Below are positions 16,228 to 25,370 of a stretch of DNA of 64,000 nt, one piece after another. Each line of letters starts with the position of its first letter. The stretch's first letter is position 1. A model generated the notes under the pieces. It was not told the DNA's origin. It was given only the letters and a program-made list of their open reading frames with translations, and did no database searches. A program made the position numbers and the translations under genes. The stretch covers positions 224,001 through 288,000 of the forward strand of contig JAVCBU010000012.1 in NCBI GenBank assembly GCA_037917685.1. Direction: 5' to 3'. The stretch is from Thermoproteota archaeon (GTDB lineage Archaea; Korarchaeota; Korarchaeia; Korarchaeales; JAOZGB01).

Positions 16228-18060
16228 TTGCAAAGTATAGATTACTTCCCATATGAATTTAGAGTTGGACAAAAGGCTTTTCTTTCATTCATTGAGAAAT
16301 ATGTTTCTGCTAGGAATATATGCGTGGAAGCTCCAACCGGATTCGGCAAGACTCCTCTTATAATCTCAGCTCTCCTACCCTACTGTTCAAGGGGAATTAA
16401 GATTATATGGGCTGTTAGAACGGGCAATGAAACTGACAGGCCTATTGAAGAGCTTAAAATCATTAACAAAAGACTTGACAAGAGGGTTTTCGGCATCTCT
16501 TTCAGGGGTAAGAAGGATATGTGCATATTAATAAGGGACTTAGAATTCAAGAATGCGTCACATTCTGACGCTGCCTATATCTGTAGGGCTTATCGTAGAG
16601 ATTGTAGGTATTATTGGGGCTTCAAAAAGAAGTTTAAACCGGATATGGCGATAAATGAGCCGCTGATCTACTCGGAAATCCTGTCATTAGGGATGGAGCG
16701 GGGGATATGCCCTTATATGATTGAAAGATCCTTGCTCAGATACGCAAATCTTATATCTCTAAGTTACAACTATATTCTTGACAAAAATATAGGCTTATCT
16801 ATCTCGAGAGCTCTAGATTTCAGCCGGTGCATCTTAGTTGTAGATGAAGCCCATAACTTACAGTCTGCTGTTTCAAACATCAATTCAATAAGGATTTCGA
16901 GGAGGACTGTTGAGTCCTCTTTAAAGGAGATAGAAACTTCAGAGATAAGTAAATCTGCTATTCAGACTGTTAATAGAATATACGAGTATCTAAATGATGA
17001 GAGAGAAGCTGAAATTGATAGAAAGGAATTTTTAGAGTTTATTTTAAGCGGTGAGGATGATGTAGTCGAAGACCTTGAAAAAATAGCTGAATATACCAGG
17101 AGGAGGAAGTTGAACGATGGCAGGCCCCCCCGATCATCAACAGGAAGAATATGTTCCCTCATAAAAAGGTTAAAGGAGAACATTGAATCCGAAGGTGTCC
17201 GCCTGCTTAGGAGCATAGAAGAAGGTAAATTATATATTGAACTGGTTGACATGAGAATCTCGGAGATATTAGGTCCACTCTGGAAGAAATTTTGGAGATG
17301 TGTCTTCTGTTCTGGCACGTTAAAACCTATTGTTGGGTTTGCAAAGGTTATTGGGCTTGAAGATTATGCTGAAAGAGTTTTCCCATCCTACTTCGACAGA
17401 TCTAAAATTAAAAGCTACATACTCAAAGGGGTGAGCACTAGGGGTGAAGAACTAAGCTTTGAGATGGCCAATAGATATGTAAAGTCAATTGTGGAAGCGT
17501 TACTCTCAATAGACGTGAGTTCAGCAGTATTTTCGGCAAGCTATAGAATTCAAGACTCACTTATCTCAGCTGGTCTTGTCGACCTACTTAGAGATGCAGG
17601 TCGCCCTGTGCTGATTGAAAAAAAGACAATGAGTGGAGACGAAGCAAGGATGCTCCTAGACCGGTTTAAGAATATGGCTAAAATAGGTAGGAAGCCAGTA
17701 CTCCTCGCTGTAGCTATGGGTAGATTTGCGGAGGGGGCTGATTTCCCTGGAGAGGAGCTCGAACTTGTATATATGGCTGGCATCCCCTTTGAAAAAATAA
17801 CACTGAAAACTCAGCTACTCATAGAATATTACACTAACCTTTACGGTAGCATGGGAAGATTCTACGCCTACGTCGTCCCGGCTATCAGGAGGGCATCCCA
17901 GGCGATCGGTCGGGTTCTAAGGTCCCACGACGACAGGGGTACATTTATACTTGGTGATGAGAGATATCTTAGAAGGGAATACATTAGGCTGCTACCTGAC
18001 TACGTGGTTGAAACAGTAAAGGTGGTAGATTACAAAAGTTTAAGGTTCTATATCGAATGA
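16228..18060 (+). CDS. xpd: XPD/Rad3-family Fe-S DNA helicase
   Basis: EAPTGFGKT, Fe-S cysteines (DMC, IC, DC, ICPY), VDEAHNL, SGTL, EGADFPG, QAIGRVLR. Confidence 0.9.
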   Translation: MQSIDYFPYEFRVGQKAFLSFIEKYVSARNICVEAPTGFGKTPLIISALLPYCSRGIKIIWAVRTGNETDRPIEELKIINKRLDKRVFGISFRGKKDMCILIRDLEFKNASHSDAAYICRAYRRDCRYYWGFKKKFKPDMAINEPLIYSEILSLGMERGICPYMIERSLLRYANLISLSYNYILDKNIGLSISRALDFSRCILVVDEAHNLQSAVSNINSIRISRRTVESSLKEIETSEISKSAIQTVNRIYEYLNDEREAEIDRKEFLEFILSGEDDVVEDLEKIAEYTRRRKLNDGRPPRSSTGRICSLIKRLKENIESEGVRLLRSIEEGKLYIELVDMRISEILGPLWKKFWRCVFCSGTLKPIVGFAKVIGLEDYAERVFPSYFDRSKIKSYILKGVSTRGEELSFEMANRYVKSIVEALLSIDVSSAVFSASYRIQDSLISAGLVDLLRDAGRPVLIEKKTMSGDEARMLLDRFKNMAKIGRKPVLLAVAMGRFAEGADFPGEELELVYMAGIPFEKITLKTQLLIEYYTNLYGSMGRFYAYVVPAIRRASQAIGRVLRSHDDRGTFILGDERYLRREYIRLLPDYVVETVKVVDYKSLRFYIE

Positions 18061-18103
18061 CTTAAGGTGTGAAAATATTTATTCCTTCCAAGCCCTTGAT
18101 ATC

Positions 18104-19312
18104 ATGATGAGAAGAATAGTTTTACTATTTATAATTGGTATTTCTCCGTTTATTCTTGCTTGTGGACATGGGAGTGGAGAAATAGTGGTGTTGAAAATTG
18201 AAGCCCCCATATTTTACGGCACATCAGATCTTATCGTTAGAACTCTTGGGCAGGGATATGCCGAAGGCTACATCATAGTTATTAATACTAACGGAGGATT
18301 GTTAAAAGCGACCGAAGAAATAGTAGATGCGATATCCTCATGTCCTGCTAAAGTTGTTGTATTCATACCTCCTGGGGGGAGAGCATTCTCCGCGGGAGCA
18401 TATATAGCGATGGCGGCTGACATAGTAGCAGCAGCTAACGGATCTGCAATTGGCGCATGCTCACCAGTGCCATATAGTGAAAAGGAGGCTAAAGCGATGG
18501 CTTCTTGGATACAGAGCCTTGCTGAGGCGAACGGGAGACCTGGCGAGATTGCTAGAAAAATGGTAACCGAAAATCTCGTATTAACAGCTGCGGAGGCATA
18601 TGAGTCTGGAATCGCCGACATAGTATGTTCTAACATTTCAGATCTGCTGATAAAAATGGGCTGGAGCAATGTAAGCGTGGTTAATGTAGAATTAGACCTT
18701 AAAGCCGAGTTCCTTAATATGATCTCTGATCCGGTGATGGCATGGTTTCTTTTTACTTCAGGAATATTACTACTCATGATAGGCCTTAAAACACCAACCC
18801 TTATTGGTGAAGGAATCGGGGTAACATTCATAATCCTAGCGCTCTACGGTATGGGTCTAATTCAAGCGGGCTGGTCCTCAACGATCATAATGATCCTTGG
18901 AATAGCCATAATGTTTTTAGAGATTAAGGCTGGACATGGAGTCTTTGCAATAGGAGGAGTTATACTGTCTCTCATAGGGCTATTCTTAATATACCAGGGT
19001 TCTCCACTGTTATCTCCAGGCAAAAAATTCGCAGCCTCCATATTTACAGGATTAGCTATGGGTGGGATCTTATCTTTCTATCTTTACAAGGTAAAGCAAG
19101 TTCTCAAAAGAAAGGAGAAGTTTATTGACCCCAGAAAGATGCTGGGGGAAAAGGGAATCGTCAAGACCGAAATTAGACCAGGAAAACCTGGCGTTGTACT
19201 TGTTGGATCCGAGCTTTGGACAGCAATCTCCTCCGAACCTATTAAAGAGGGCATGGAGGTTAAAGTAGTCGGGGTTGAAGGGCTAACCTTAAAAGTTGAA
19301 AGATCCTTGTAA
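18104..19312 (+). CDS. nfeD: NfeD-family membrane-bound serine protease (ClpP class)
   Basis: INTNGG, AFSAGAYI, IGACSP, TM bundle, C-terminal OB domain (GSELWTA...VVGVEGLTLKV). Confidence 0.9.
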   Translation: MMRRIVLLFIIGISPFILACGHGSGEIVVLKIEAPIFYGTSDLIVRTLGQGYAEGYIIVINTNGGLLKATEEIVDAISSCPAKVVVFIPPGGRAFSAGAYIAMAADIVAAANGSAIGACSPVPYSEKEAKAMASWIQSLAEANGRPGEIARKMVTENLVLTAAEAYESGIADIVCSNISDLLIKMGWSNVSVVNVELDLKAEFLNMISDPVMAWFLFTSGILLLMIGLKTPTLIGEGIGVTFIILALYGMGLIQAGWSSTIIMILGIAIMFLEIKAGHGVFAIGGVILSLIGLFLIYQGSPLLSPGKKFAASIFTGLAMGGILSFYLYKVKQVLKRKEKFIDPRKMLGEKGIVKTEIRPGKPGVVLVGSELWTAISSEPIKEGMEVKVVGVEGLTLKVERSL

Positions 19313-19318
19313 CCACGT

Positions 19319-20188
19319 ATGGATTTATCAACCGTAATACTTGCAGGGATAGCTCTTATAGTCTTATGGCTCCTATTCTCAGCAATAAAAATCGTAAGAG
19401 AATACGAGAGACTTGTAGTATTGAGGTTGGGTGCCTTCCTAGACGTTAGAGGGCCTGGACCAACGCTTATTATTCCCATCATTGATAAAGCGATTAAAGT
19501 TGACCTAAGAGAGTCTTATTTTGAAGTTCCCCATCAAACATGTATTACAAAGGATAATGCGCCAACAGACATAGACTTCGTTGTTTATTACAAAGTTGTA
19601 AAACCGGCAGAATCCGTACTAGCAGTACAAAACTTCAAAGGGGCAGCAATCGTAATAGCGACGACAACTTTGAGAGATGTTATAGGTAATATTGTTCTTG
19701 ACGATGTGCTTGCAAAAAGAGACGAGATAAATAAGATCCTAAGGACAAAACTTGACGAGGTCACAGAAAGGTGGGGTGTCAAGGTTACCAGCGTGGAAAT
19801 AAGAGAAATCCTTCCACCCAGGGACGTTCAAGAAGCCATGATCAAACAGATGGCTGCAGAAAGGAATAGGAGAGCAATGGTTACAGAGGCTGAAGGGAAG
19901 AAAATATCAGCTATCAAAGTTGCTGAAGGGAAGAAGCACGCTACGATACTCGAAGCAGAGGGAGACAAACAGGCGGCTATACTTAGAGCTGAAGGGTTCG
20001 CTAGGGCGCTTGAGCAGATATATAACGTGGCCAATAAGATAGATGTAAAAACGATGACCCTGCAATACTTGAAAACCCTAGAAGCGATTGGTTCAAGTCC
20101 TGCAACAAAGATCGTCCTACCAATGGAGTTTACAAGGCTCCTACAACCATTAATAGGCTATGCTGAAAGGTCTATGGAACAGAGATAG
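19319..20188 (+). CDS. SPFH/stomatin-family protein
   Basis: REYERLVVLRLG, VDLR, ITKDN, TTLRDVIG, RWGVKV, QMAAER. Confidence 0.9.
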   Translation: MDLSTVILAGIALIVLWLLFSAIKIVREYERLVVLRLGAFLDVRGPGPTLIIPIIDKAIKVDLRESYFEVPHQTCITKDNAPTDIDFVVYYKVVKPAESVLAVQNFKGAAIVIATTTLRDVIGNIVLDDVLAKRDEINKILRTKLDEVTERWGVKVTSVEIREILPPRDVQEAMIKQMAAERNRRAMVTEAEGKKISAIKVAEGKKHATILEAEGDKQAAILRAEGFARALEQIYNVANKIDVKTMTLQYLKTLEAIGSSPATKIVLPMEFTRLLQPLIGYAERSMEQR

Positions 20189-21259
20189 GTGGATTCTTTG
20201 GATGAGAGAATCCAAAGAATAACGAGAAACACTGTGGAGGTTATAACGCTCAACGACCTTACTAAACTACTCGAAGAGGTGGATAAGCCGAGAGCTTATA
20301 TAGGAGTCGAGCCTTCAGGCATGTTCCATATAGGATGGCTTATTTGGGCATGGAAACTGATAGATCTCGTGGATGCTGGGTTTAAAACCATGGTCTTACT
20401 TGCAAACTGGCACGCATACATTAATGACAAGCTAGGAGGTAAAATGGAAAATATAAGAATCTGTAGTGAGTATATAAAAGAGTGCTTAGAGGCTGTAGGT
20501 ATCCCGGGAAGTGTCGAATACATTTATGGAGACGAACTTGTAAGCAGGATGGAATACTGGGAGAGATATCTAAAAATCTGTAAGAGATTAACCCTTGCAA
20601 GGGTTAAAAGGGCAATAACAATAATGGGTAGGAAACAGGACGAGGCAGAAGCTGATTTTTCAAAGCTTTTATATCCTGCGATGCAGGTGGATGACATTTT
20701 CGAGTTAGACGTTCACCTTGCCCTCGGCGGGATGGATCAACGGAGAGCGCACGTTCTACAACGTGAGGTAGCTGGAAAGATGGGTTTAAGGAGGATCGTA
20801 GCTCTACATACGCCACTACTCCCTAGTCTTAGGGGTTTAGAAAGAATGGAGTCCTTAAGCCCGGAGGAAGCCATGTTAGAAGCTAAGATGAGTAAATCTA
20901 AACCGGAAGGATGTATATTCATAACAGACAGCCCAGAGGACATAAAAAGGAAGATATCAAAGGCATACTGCCCACAGAAAGTGATAGAAAACAATCCGTT
21001 GCTTCTTATCGCCAAATATATAGTTTTCCCTAAAAATAACCGGATAAAGATAGAGAGACCTGCAAAATATGGAGGAGACATAACATACGAGAACTACGAT
21101 GACTTGGAGAAGGATTATGCTTCAGGGAGCTTACACCCAGCAGATTTAAAGACCGCCATTTCGGATGCCCTGATTCAAATTTTACACCCGGTTAGAAAGT
21201 ATTTCGAGAAAAAGCCGGAGAATCTAGAAGCTATGTTAAAGATTACAATAAGCAGGTGA
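20189..21259 (+). CDS. tyrS: Tyrosyl-tRNA synthetase (archaeal type)
   Basis: YIGVEPSG.FHIG, YPAMQ, GGMDQ, KMSKS, LHPADLK. Confidence 0.95.
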   Translation: MDSLDERIQRITRNTVEVITLNDLTKLLEEVDKPRAYIGVEPSGMFHIGWLIWAWKLIDLVDAGFKTMVLLANWHAYINDKLGGKMENIRICSEYIKECLEAVGIPGSVEYIYGDELVSRMEYWERYLKICKRLTLARVKRAITIMGRKQDEAEADFSKLLYPAMQVDDIFELDVHLALGGMDQRRAHVLQREVAGKMGLRRIVALHTPLLPSLRGLERMESLSPEEAMLEAKMSKSKPEGCIFITDSPEDIKRKISKAYCPQKVIENNPLLLIAKYIVFPKNNRIKIERPAKYGGDITYENYDDLEKDYASGSLHPADLKTAISDALIQILHPVRKYFEKKPENLEAMLKITISR

Positions 21260-21267
21260 TCGTTAAC

Positions 21268-21819
21268 ATGGTTAGATCATTCATCGCCATCGATATTGAT
21301 AATGAAGAAGTCGTTCGGAAAATAGTCTCCTTTCAAAGAGAGCTTATAAAGTATGGAAAATTCAAGATTGTAAAACCGGAAAATCTCCACATAACCCTGA
21401 AGTTTCTAGGCGAGATAGATCCTGCGAAAATAGATGTTATAACAGGAATCCTTGATAAGATTGAAAGCGACAAGTTTGAAATAATTTTTAGAGGGCTTGG
21501 CTGCTTTCCTTCACCTTCAAGACCTAACGTGGTCTGGGTAGGGGTTATGGAGGAGAATAGTAGCCTTTTAAACATATGGAGTTATATTGAGGACCAACTT
21601 CAAAGATATGGATTTCAAAGGGAGAGAAGAGGATTTAAGCCTCACCTAACCATCGCTAGAGTTAAGTTCATCTCTAACAGGCAAGGTTTTAGAAACATGA
21701 TTTACAAATACCATGAATTTGAGCTAGGAGTTCAAAGAGTGGCTAGCATAAAGTTAAAGAAGAGTACTTTAACTCCTACAGGGCCTGTCTATGATGATTT
21801 ACATGTAAAGGTACTCTGA
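21268..21819 (+). CDS. thpR: RNA 2',3'-cyclic phosphodiesterase (2'-5' RNA ligase)
   Basis: Two HxT motifs (HITLKFLG, PHLTIAR); RSFIAI; STLTPTGPVY. Confidence 0.9.
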   Translation: MVRSFIAIDIDNEEVVRKIVSFQRELIKYGKFKIVKPENLHITLKFLGEIDPAKIDVITGILDKIESDKFEIIFRGLGCFPSPSRPNVVWVGVMEENSSLLNIWSYIEDQLQRYGFQRERRGFKPHLTIARVKFISNRQGFRNMIYKYHEFELGVQRVASIKLKKSTLTPTGPVYDDLHVKVL

Positions 21820-21829
21820 TTTTCTCAAT

Positions 21830-23728
21830 CTATTTTTTCCTTATCAGAATTACAGCTGCTGCTATAAGTGAAATCGCTGCTATCGCAATTGCTGAGATTA
21901 TTAATATTTTAACAGCTACGCTAGATGCTCTTACTATTAGGGTGATTGATTCACCGGGTTTTAAGGGAGGTATGCTCCACTGTACAGTGTTTCCTGTCGA
22001 AATTGCCATGGGATATGAAGAACTATATGAATAACCTGATGGCAATGTTACGGTGTAGGTGAAAGATTCAGATGTAGCATTTCCACTATTTGTAAGTGTT
22101 ACCACTTTCGTCCAGGAAAATGCATCCCGTGATTCGTACCCGTCCTCGGTTATCAGCGGCAACATTTCAATCTTATTCTCAGGAGACTCTGCAATAACTG
22201 AACCCTGATATAGTACTTTAGCAGGTGGTATTATTATTGTCCCTCTGAAGTTCTCTAATATTTTGAAAGTACAGGTTAAGGTTGAAGTTTCCCCGGGAGT
22301 AAGAGTTACATCCCAGCTGATAGTTTCATCTACGATTCTTCCCTCGGGATAGGTTAGCGGTGTTAGACCTTGTGGAACAAATTGTTCCACCGTTACGTCT
22401 ACTGAGACCCCAGATGTAACTTCAATGTTAAGAAGTAGGCTCCCATCTATGATGCTTGCTTCCCTTGAAACATCGACTTCAACGGAGCCCGAAGGTTCGC
22501 CTCCACCAGTTTGTGTCTGAGGCTTAATCTCTATAGTTAGTTCTGAAGTCCACATATATATTTGATATCCCGTAATTCTTGCTTTTACAGTATAAGTTCC
22601 TGTAGCGTCAGCGGGCACATTAACAGGGAATTCAACCGTTGCGGTAGTATATGGTGGTAACATCCCTATCGATTTTTGTTTCCCATCTTCAAACCATTCT
22701 TCAGGGATGTCTGTTTCTAATGTGATCCATATGGATCTTGCTATGGCGTTTCCACTATTAAACAGGCTTACTGTAATTTCAAACTCGCTTCCGGCGTCTA
22801 CGCTTGACGGCCCTGTCATCTCAGCAGATAAAATAGGTTTGTATTCTGCAACAGTGAAATAATCTGTCTTAGACATGTTTACCTTACCTATAGCATTTAC
22901 CTCAAGTTTATAGACTCCGGCTTTGGCATCTACAGGGATATGGTATTCAAACTCCCTCTCGTCTATACCTGGGACGGAAAGCGTTGATGTGTAGGATTTG
23001 CTGTAGACTTCTACTCCCGAAGGGTCAGTGAACGTAATTTGAACTGTGAATGAATAGGTTCCATAGTTAGGCTCGCAAGGGCATATAGGACAACAGCAAT
23101 CACATGGCCAACAATCACATGGCCAGCATGGAGGGCAGGGATAGCAGGGCCAGCATGGAGGGCAGGGCTCAATTTCAGGCATTGAAGATGAGAGTTTGAC
23201 CTTATATTCAAGATAGCTTCCACCCATTAGCTGGTCGTTTAATATAGATAGGGAGAGATTGAATTCTGGATAAGGATATACTTGTAGGCAGCCGCATCCA
23301 GTACCAACCAGGTTAGAGGGGCATGCGCATCCTTCCCATACTTCTACACATATTATATAACAATCTGGGTCTAAATTCGATACGTATCCTATCGGTACGT
23401 TACATATCGTTTCATCTGGGTCTAGTGGGCCGATAACCTTACTGTACTCGTATACAACGCAACACTCAGAGTTGATAAGCTTTGTTTTTACTAGTAAAAT
23501 ATCTGTCGGGTGTGTATCGTTCAGATTGTGAAAACAAGCGTAAATGATGGCGCATCCATCTGGTGGGATACAGTAGGGGGTAGCTATGACGTTGTAAACC
23601 TGCACCTTAACGTCTGGTGATTGAATTGTACTATTTGTTATCGCCATGAAAGAGGTTATCCCTAATAAGATGAGTATCGAAAGTTTCACCCTTTTAAGCC
23701 TGTACATCTTGGTCATCTTTTTATTCAA
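21830..23728 (-). CDS. Secreted, C-terminally anchored surface protein with Ig-like (CARDB/DUF11-like) domains and a Cys-rich N-terminal region
   Basis: N-terminal signal, beta-rich repeats (N.G...A; W..P.L.PGE), C-terminal TM plus RKK; 25 Cys in the N-terminal third. Confidence 0.75.
   Translation of the reverse strand: MNKKMTKMYRLKRVKLSILILLGITSFMAITNSTIQSPDVKVQVYNVIATPYCIPPDGCAIIYACFHNLNDTHPTDILLVKTKLINSECCVVYEYSKVIGPLDPDETICNVPIGYVSNLDPDCYIICVEVWEGCACPSNLVGTGCGCLQVYPYPEFNLSLSILNDQLMGGSYLEYKVKLSSSMPEIEPCPPCWPCYPCPPCWPCDCWPCDCCCPICPCEPNYGTYSFTVQITFTDPSGVEVYSKSYTSTLSVPGIDEREFEYHIPVDAKAGVYKLEVNAIGKVNMSKTDYFTVAEYKPILSAEMTGPSSVDAGSEFEITVSLFNSGNAIARSIWITLETDIPEEWFEDGKQKSIGMLPPYTTATVEFPVNVPADATGTYTVKARITGYQIYMWTSELTIEIKPQTQTGGGEPSGSVEVDVSREASIIDGSLLLNIEVTSGVSVDVTVEQFVPQGLTPLTYPEGRIVDETISWDVTLTPGETSTLTCTFKILENFRGTIIIPPAKVLYQGSVIAESPENKIEMLPLITEDGYESRDAFSWTKVVTLTNSGNATSESFTYTVTLPSGYSYSSSYPMAISTGNTVQWSIPPLKPGESITLIVRASSVAVKILIISAIAIAAISLIAAAVILIRKK
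23075..23167 (-). repeat. Intragenic tandem repeats encoding PCPPCWPCYPCPPCWPCDCWPCDCCCPICPC
   Basis: ggccagcatggagggcaggg at 23121 and 23148 (27-nt period); caatcacatggcca at 23097 and 23112 (15-nt period). Confidence 0.85.
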
Positions 23729-23774
23729 ATCATAGGAATAAAAAGTTTTGTTGATTTAAAATAGGGGAATAACA

Positions 23775-24350
23775 ATGGAGTGCCGATATAGGTATATTGG
23801 ATTAATAGGGATGCCAGGCTCCGGGAAGGATAAGTGCGCTACTTACATCTCTGACAAGTATAAAATGGTTGTTGTAAGACTTAGTGACGTTGTAGTGCAA
23901 GAGGCGTATAGAATGGGTTATAAGAAGATTACGAGAGAAACACTAAGACGTGTCGGGACATATATAAGAAAACAGTATGGAGATGAAGCTGTTATGCGAA
24001 TGGCTGCTGAGAGGGGAGAGCGTCTGATGGCTTCAAAGGGGTATTCAGGGGTTGTTTTTAATGGTTTGAGAACGATAGAAGAAGTCCTATTTTTTAAAGA
24101 AAGATATGGTGAAGAAGGCTGTGTTATAGGGGTTTTTGCCACTCTCAAAACTAGATATAATAGAGTAAAAGAAAGAGGAAGGTATGGTTTCGATATAAAG
24201 GACTATCAAACTTTCCTAGATGAAGACATGAGGGAATTAGTGTTATTTTGTATTGGTAATGCTATGATGTTAGCTGACTTTGTCATCGTGAATGAAGGTT
24301 CCCTCGAAGAGCTATATAATAATTTGAAGGTTTTATTAGAGGACGGATGA
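23775..24350 (+). CDS. Nucleotide kinase-like P-loop protein (UPF0200 / dephospho-CoA kinase-like)
   Basis: GMPGSGKD, SDVV, GLRT.EE, R..R...RGR, ADFVIVNEG. Confidence 0.75.
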   Translation: MECRYRYIGLIGMPGSGKDKCATYISDKYKMVVVRLSDVVVQEAYRMGYKKITRETLRRVGTYIRKQYGDEAVMRMAAERGERLMASKGYSGVVFNGLRTIEEVLFFKERYGEEGCVIGVFATLKTRYNRVKERGRYGFDIKDYQTFLDEDMRELVLFCIGNAMMLADFVIVNEGSLEELYNNLKVLLEDG

Positions 24351-25247
24351 CAGGGCTTTTGATATTTCATTCGTTACCGTCACTCTGGCCTTCTCCCATG
24401 ACAGCGTGTCTGTAGCTATTGCTTCGGAAACTCCTGCTTTCATGAGCTTTTCTAGCGCACCAGGTGCTAGTACTGGGTGAACAAAACATGAGATAACCCT
24501 CTTAGCCCCCCGCCTTAGGGCTTCGGACACTGCATTAGCCATGGTTCCTCCCGTGGATACAATGTCGTCAACCACTATGACCTCTCGATCTTTAACATCC
24601 AGTTCTCCAACATAAGTTTTTATCTCTCCGGTTTCTAAATCTCTCTCCTTCTTCAGAGCGGTATAGTCTGGGATCCCTGCTGTCCTAGCGAATTCTTCAG
24701 CCCATATTTTTGCCTCCTCATCAGGAGCGATTACGACTGGCTTATAAAGCTTATAGTTATCTTTAACGTATTTTGCGAGAGGTATAAAGCCTGAGACATT
24801 TATGCCAAGAGCTTTTGTGAAGAAGTCGGACATCTTCCTCATTCTGTGGAAATGCGTAGAAACTGTTACTATTACGTCCACTCCGGCCCATTCCATCGTC
24901 TCAGCGATGTATTTAGCACTTTTTGGTTCGCCAAGCCTGAATGCTGTGTCTTGCCTTGCATAGACGAAGTAAGGCGTGATAAGTATTATTTTCTGAGGAT
25001 TGATCTCTTTGAGATTTAAAAGCGTAAGTAGGATCTCTGTTAAATAATCATTGGGCCTACATGAGCCAGCTTTCATCCTGTGAGCAAAAATTACAGTTTC
25101 TCCCTTTATATCGTTAATGTCACTTATGAGTATGCGAGGGCAAACCTCACCGTCCGGGAATCTTCTAACTTCAAGTGGGATAAATTTTGCGTTTAAAAGG
25201 TTGGCCAGCTCCCTATTAAAGTCGTCATCCACGCCCACTATTATCAT
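24336..25247 (-). CDS. prs: Ribose-phosphate pyrophosphokinase
   Basis: RFPDGE, PYFVYARQD..F..GE, VDDIVSTGGTM, HPVL. Confidence 0.9.
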   Translation of the reverse strand: MIIVGVDDDFNRELANLLNAKFIPLEVRRFPDGEVCPRILISDINDIKGETVIFAHRMKAGSCRPNDYLTEILLTLLNLKEINPQKIILITPYFVYARQDTAFRLGEPKSAKYIAETMEWAGVDVIVTVSTHFHRMRKMSDFFTKALGINVSGFIPLAKYVKDNYKLYKPVVIAPDEEAKIWAEEFARTAGIPDYTALKKERDLETGEIKTYVGELDVKDREVIVVDDIVSTGGTMANAVSEALRRGAKRVISCFVHPVLAPGALEKLMKAGVSEAIATDTLSWEKARVTVTNEISKALSSVL

Positions 25248-25370
25248 GCTACCACGAAAATCAAAACCCGGAAGAGCTTAAATAATTATACCGGTACAAC
25301 TACATGTTTGTGCAGGTTGTTGCTAATTTTAAATTGAAGCACTGTGGAATAAGCTGGTAGGTGCTGTGAC

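Noticed and set aside
18104-20188. NfeD-stomatin pair as a novel system
   Set aside because: This is a well-known conserved prokaryotic operon
23075-23167. CRISPR-like repeat array
   Set aside because: Only two short in-frame coding duplications, with no spacers and no cas genes
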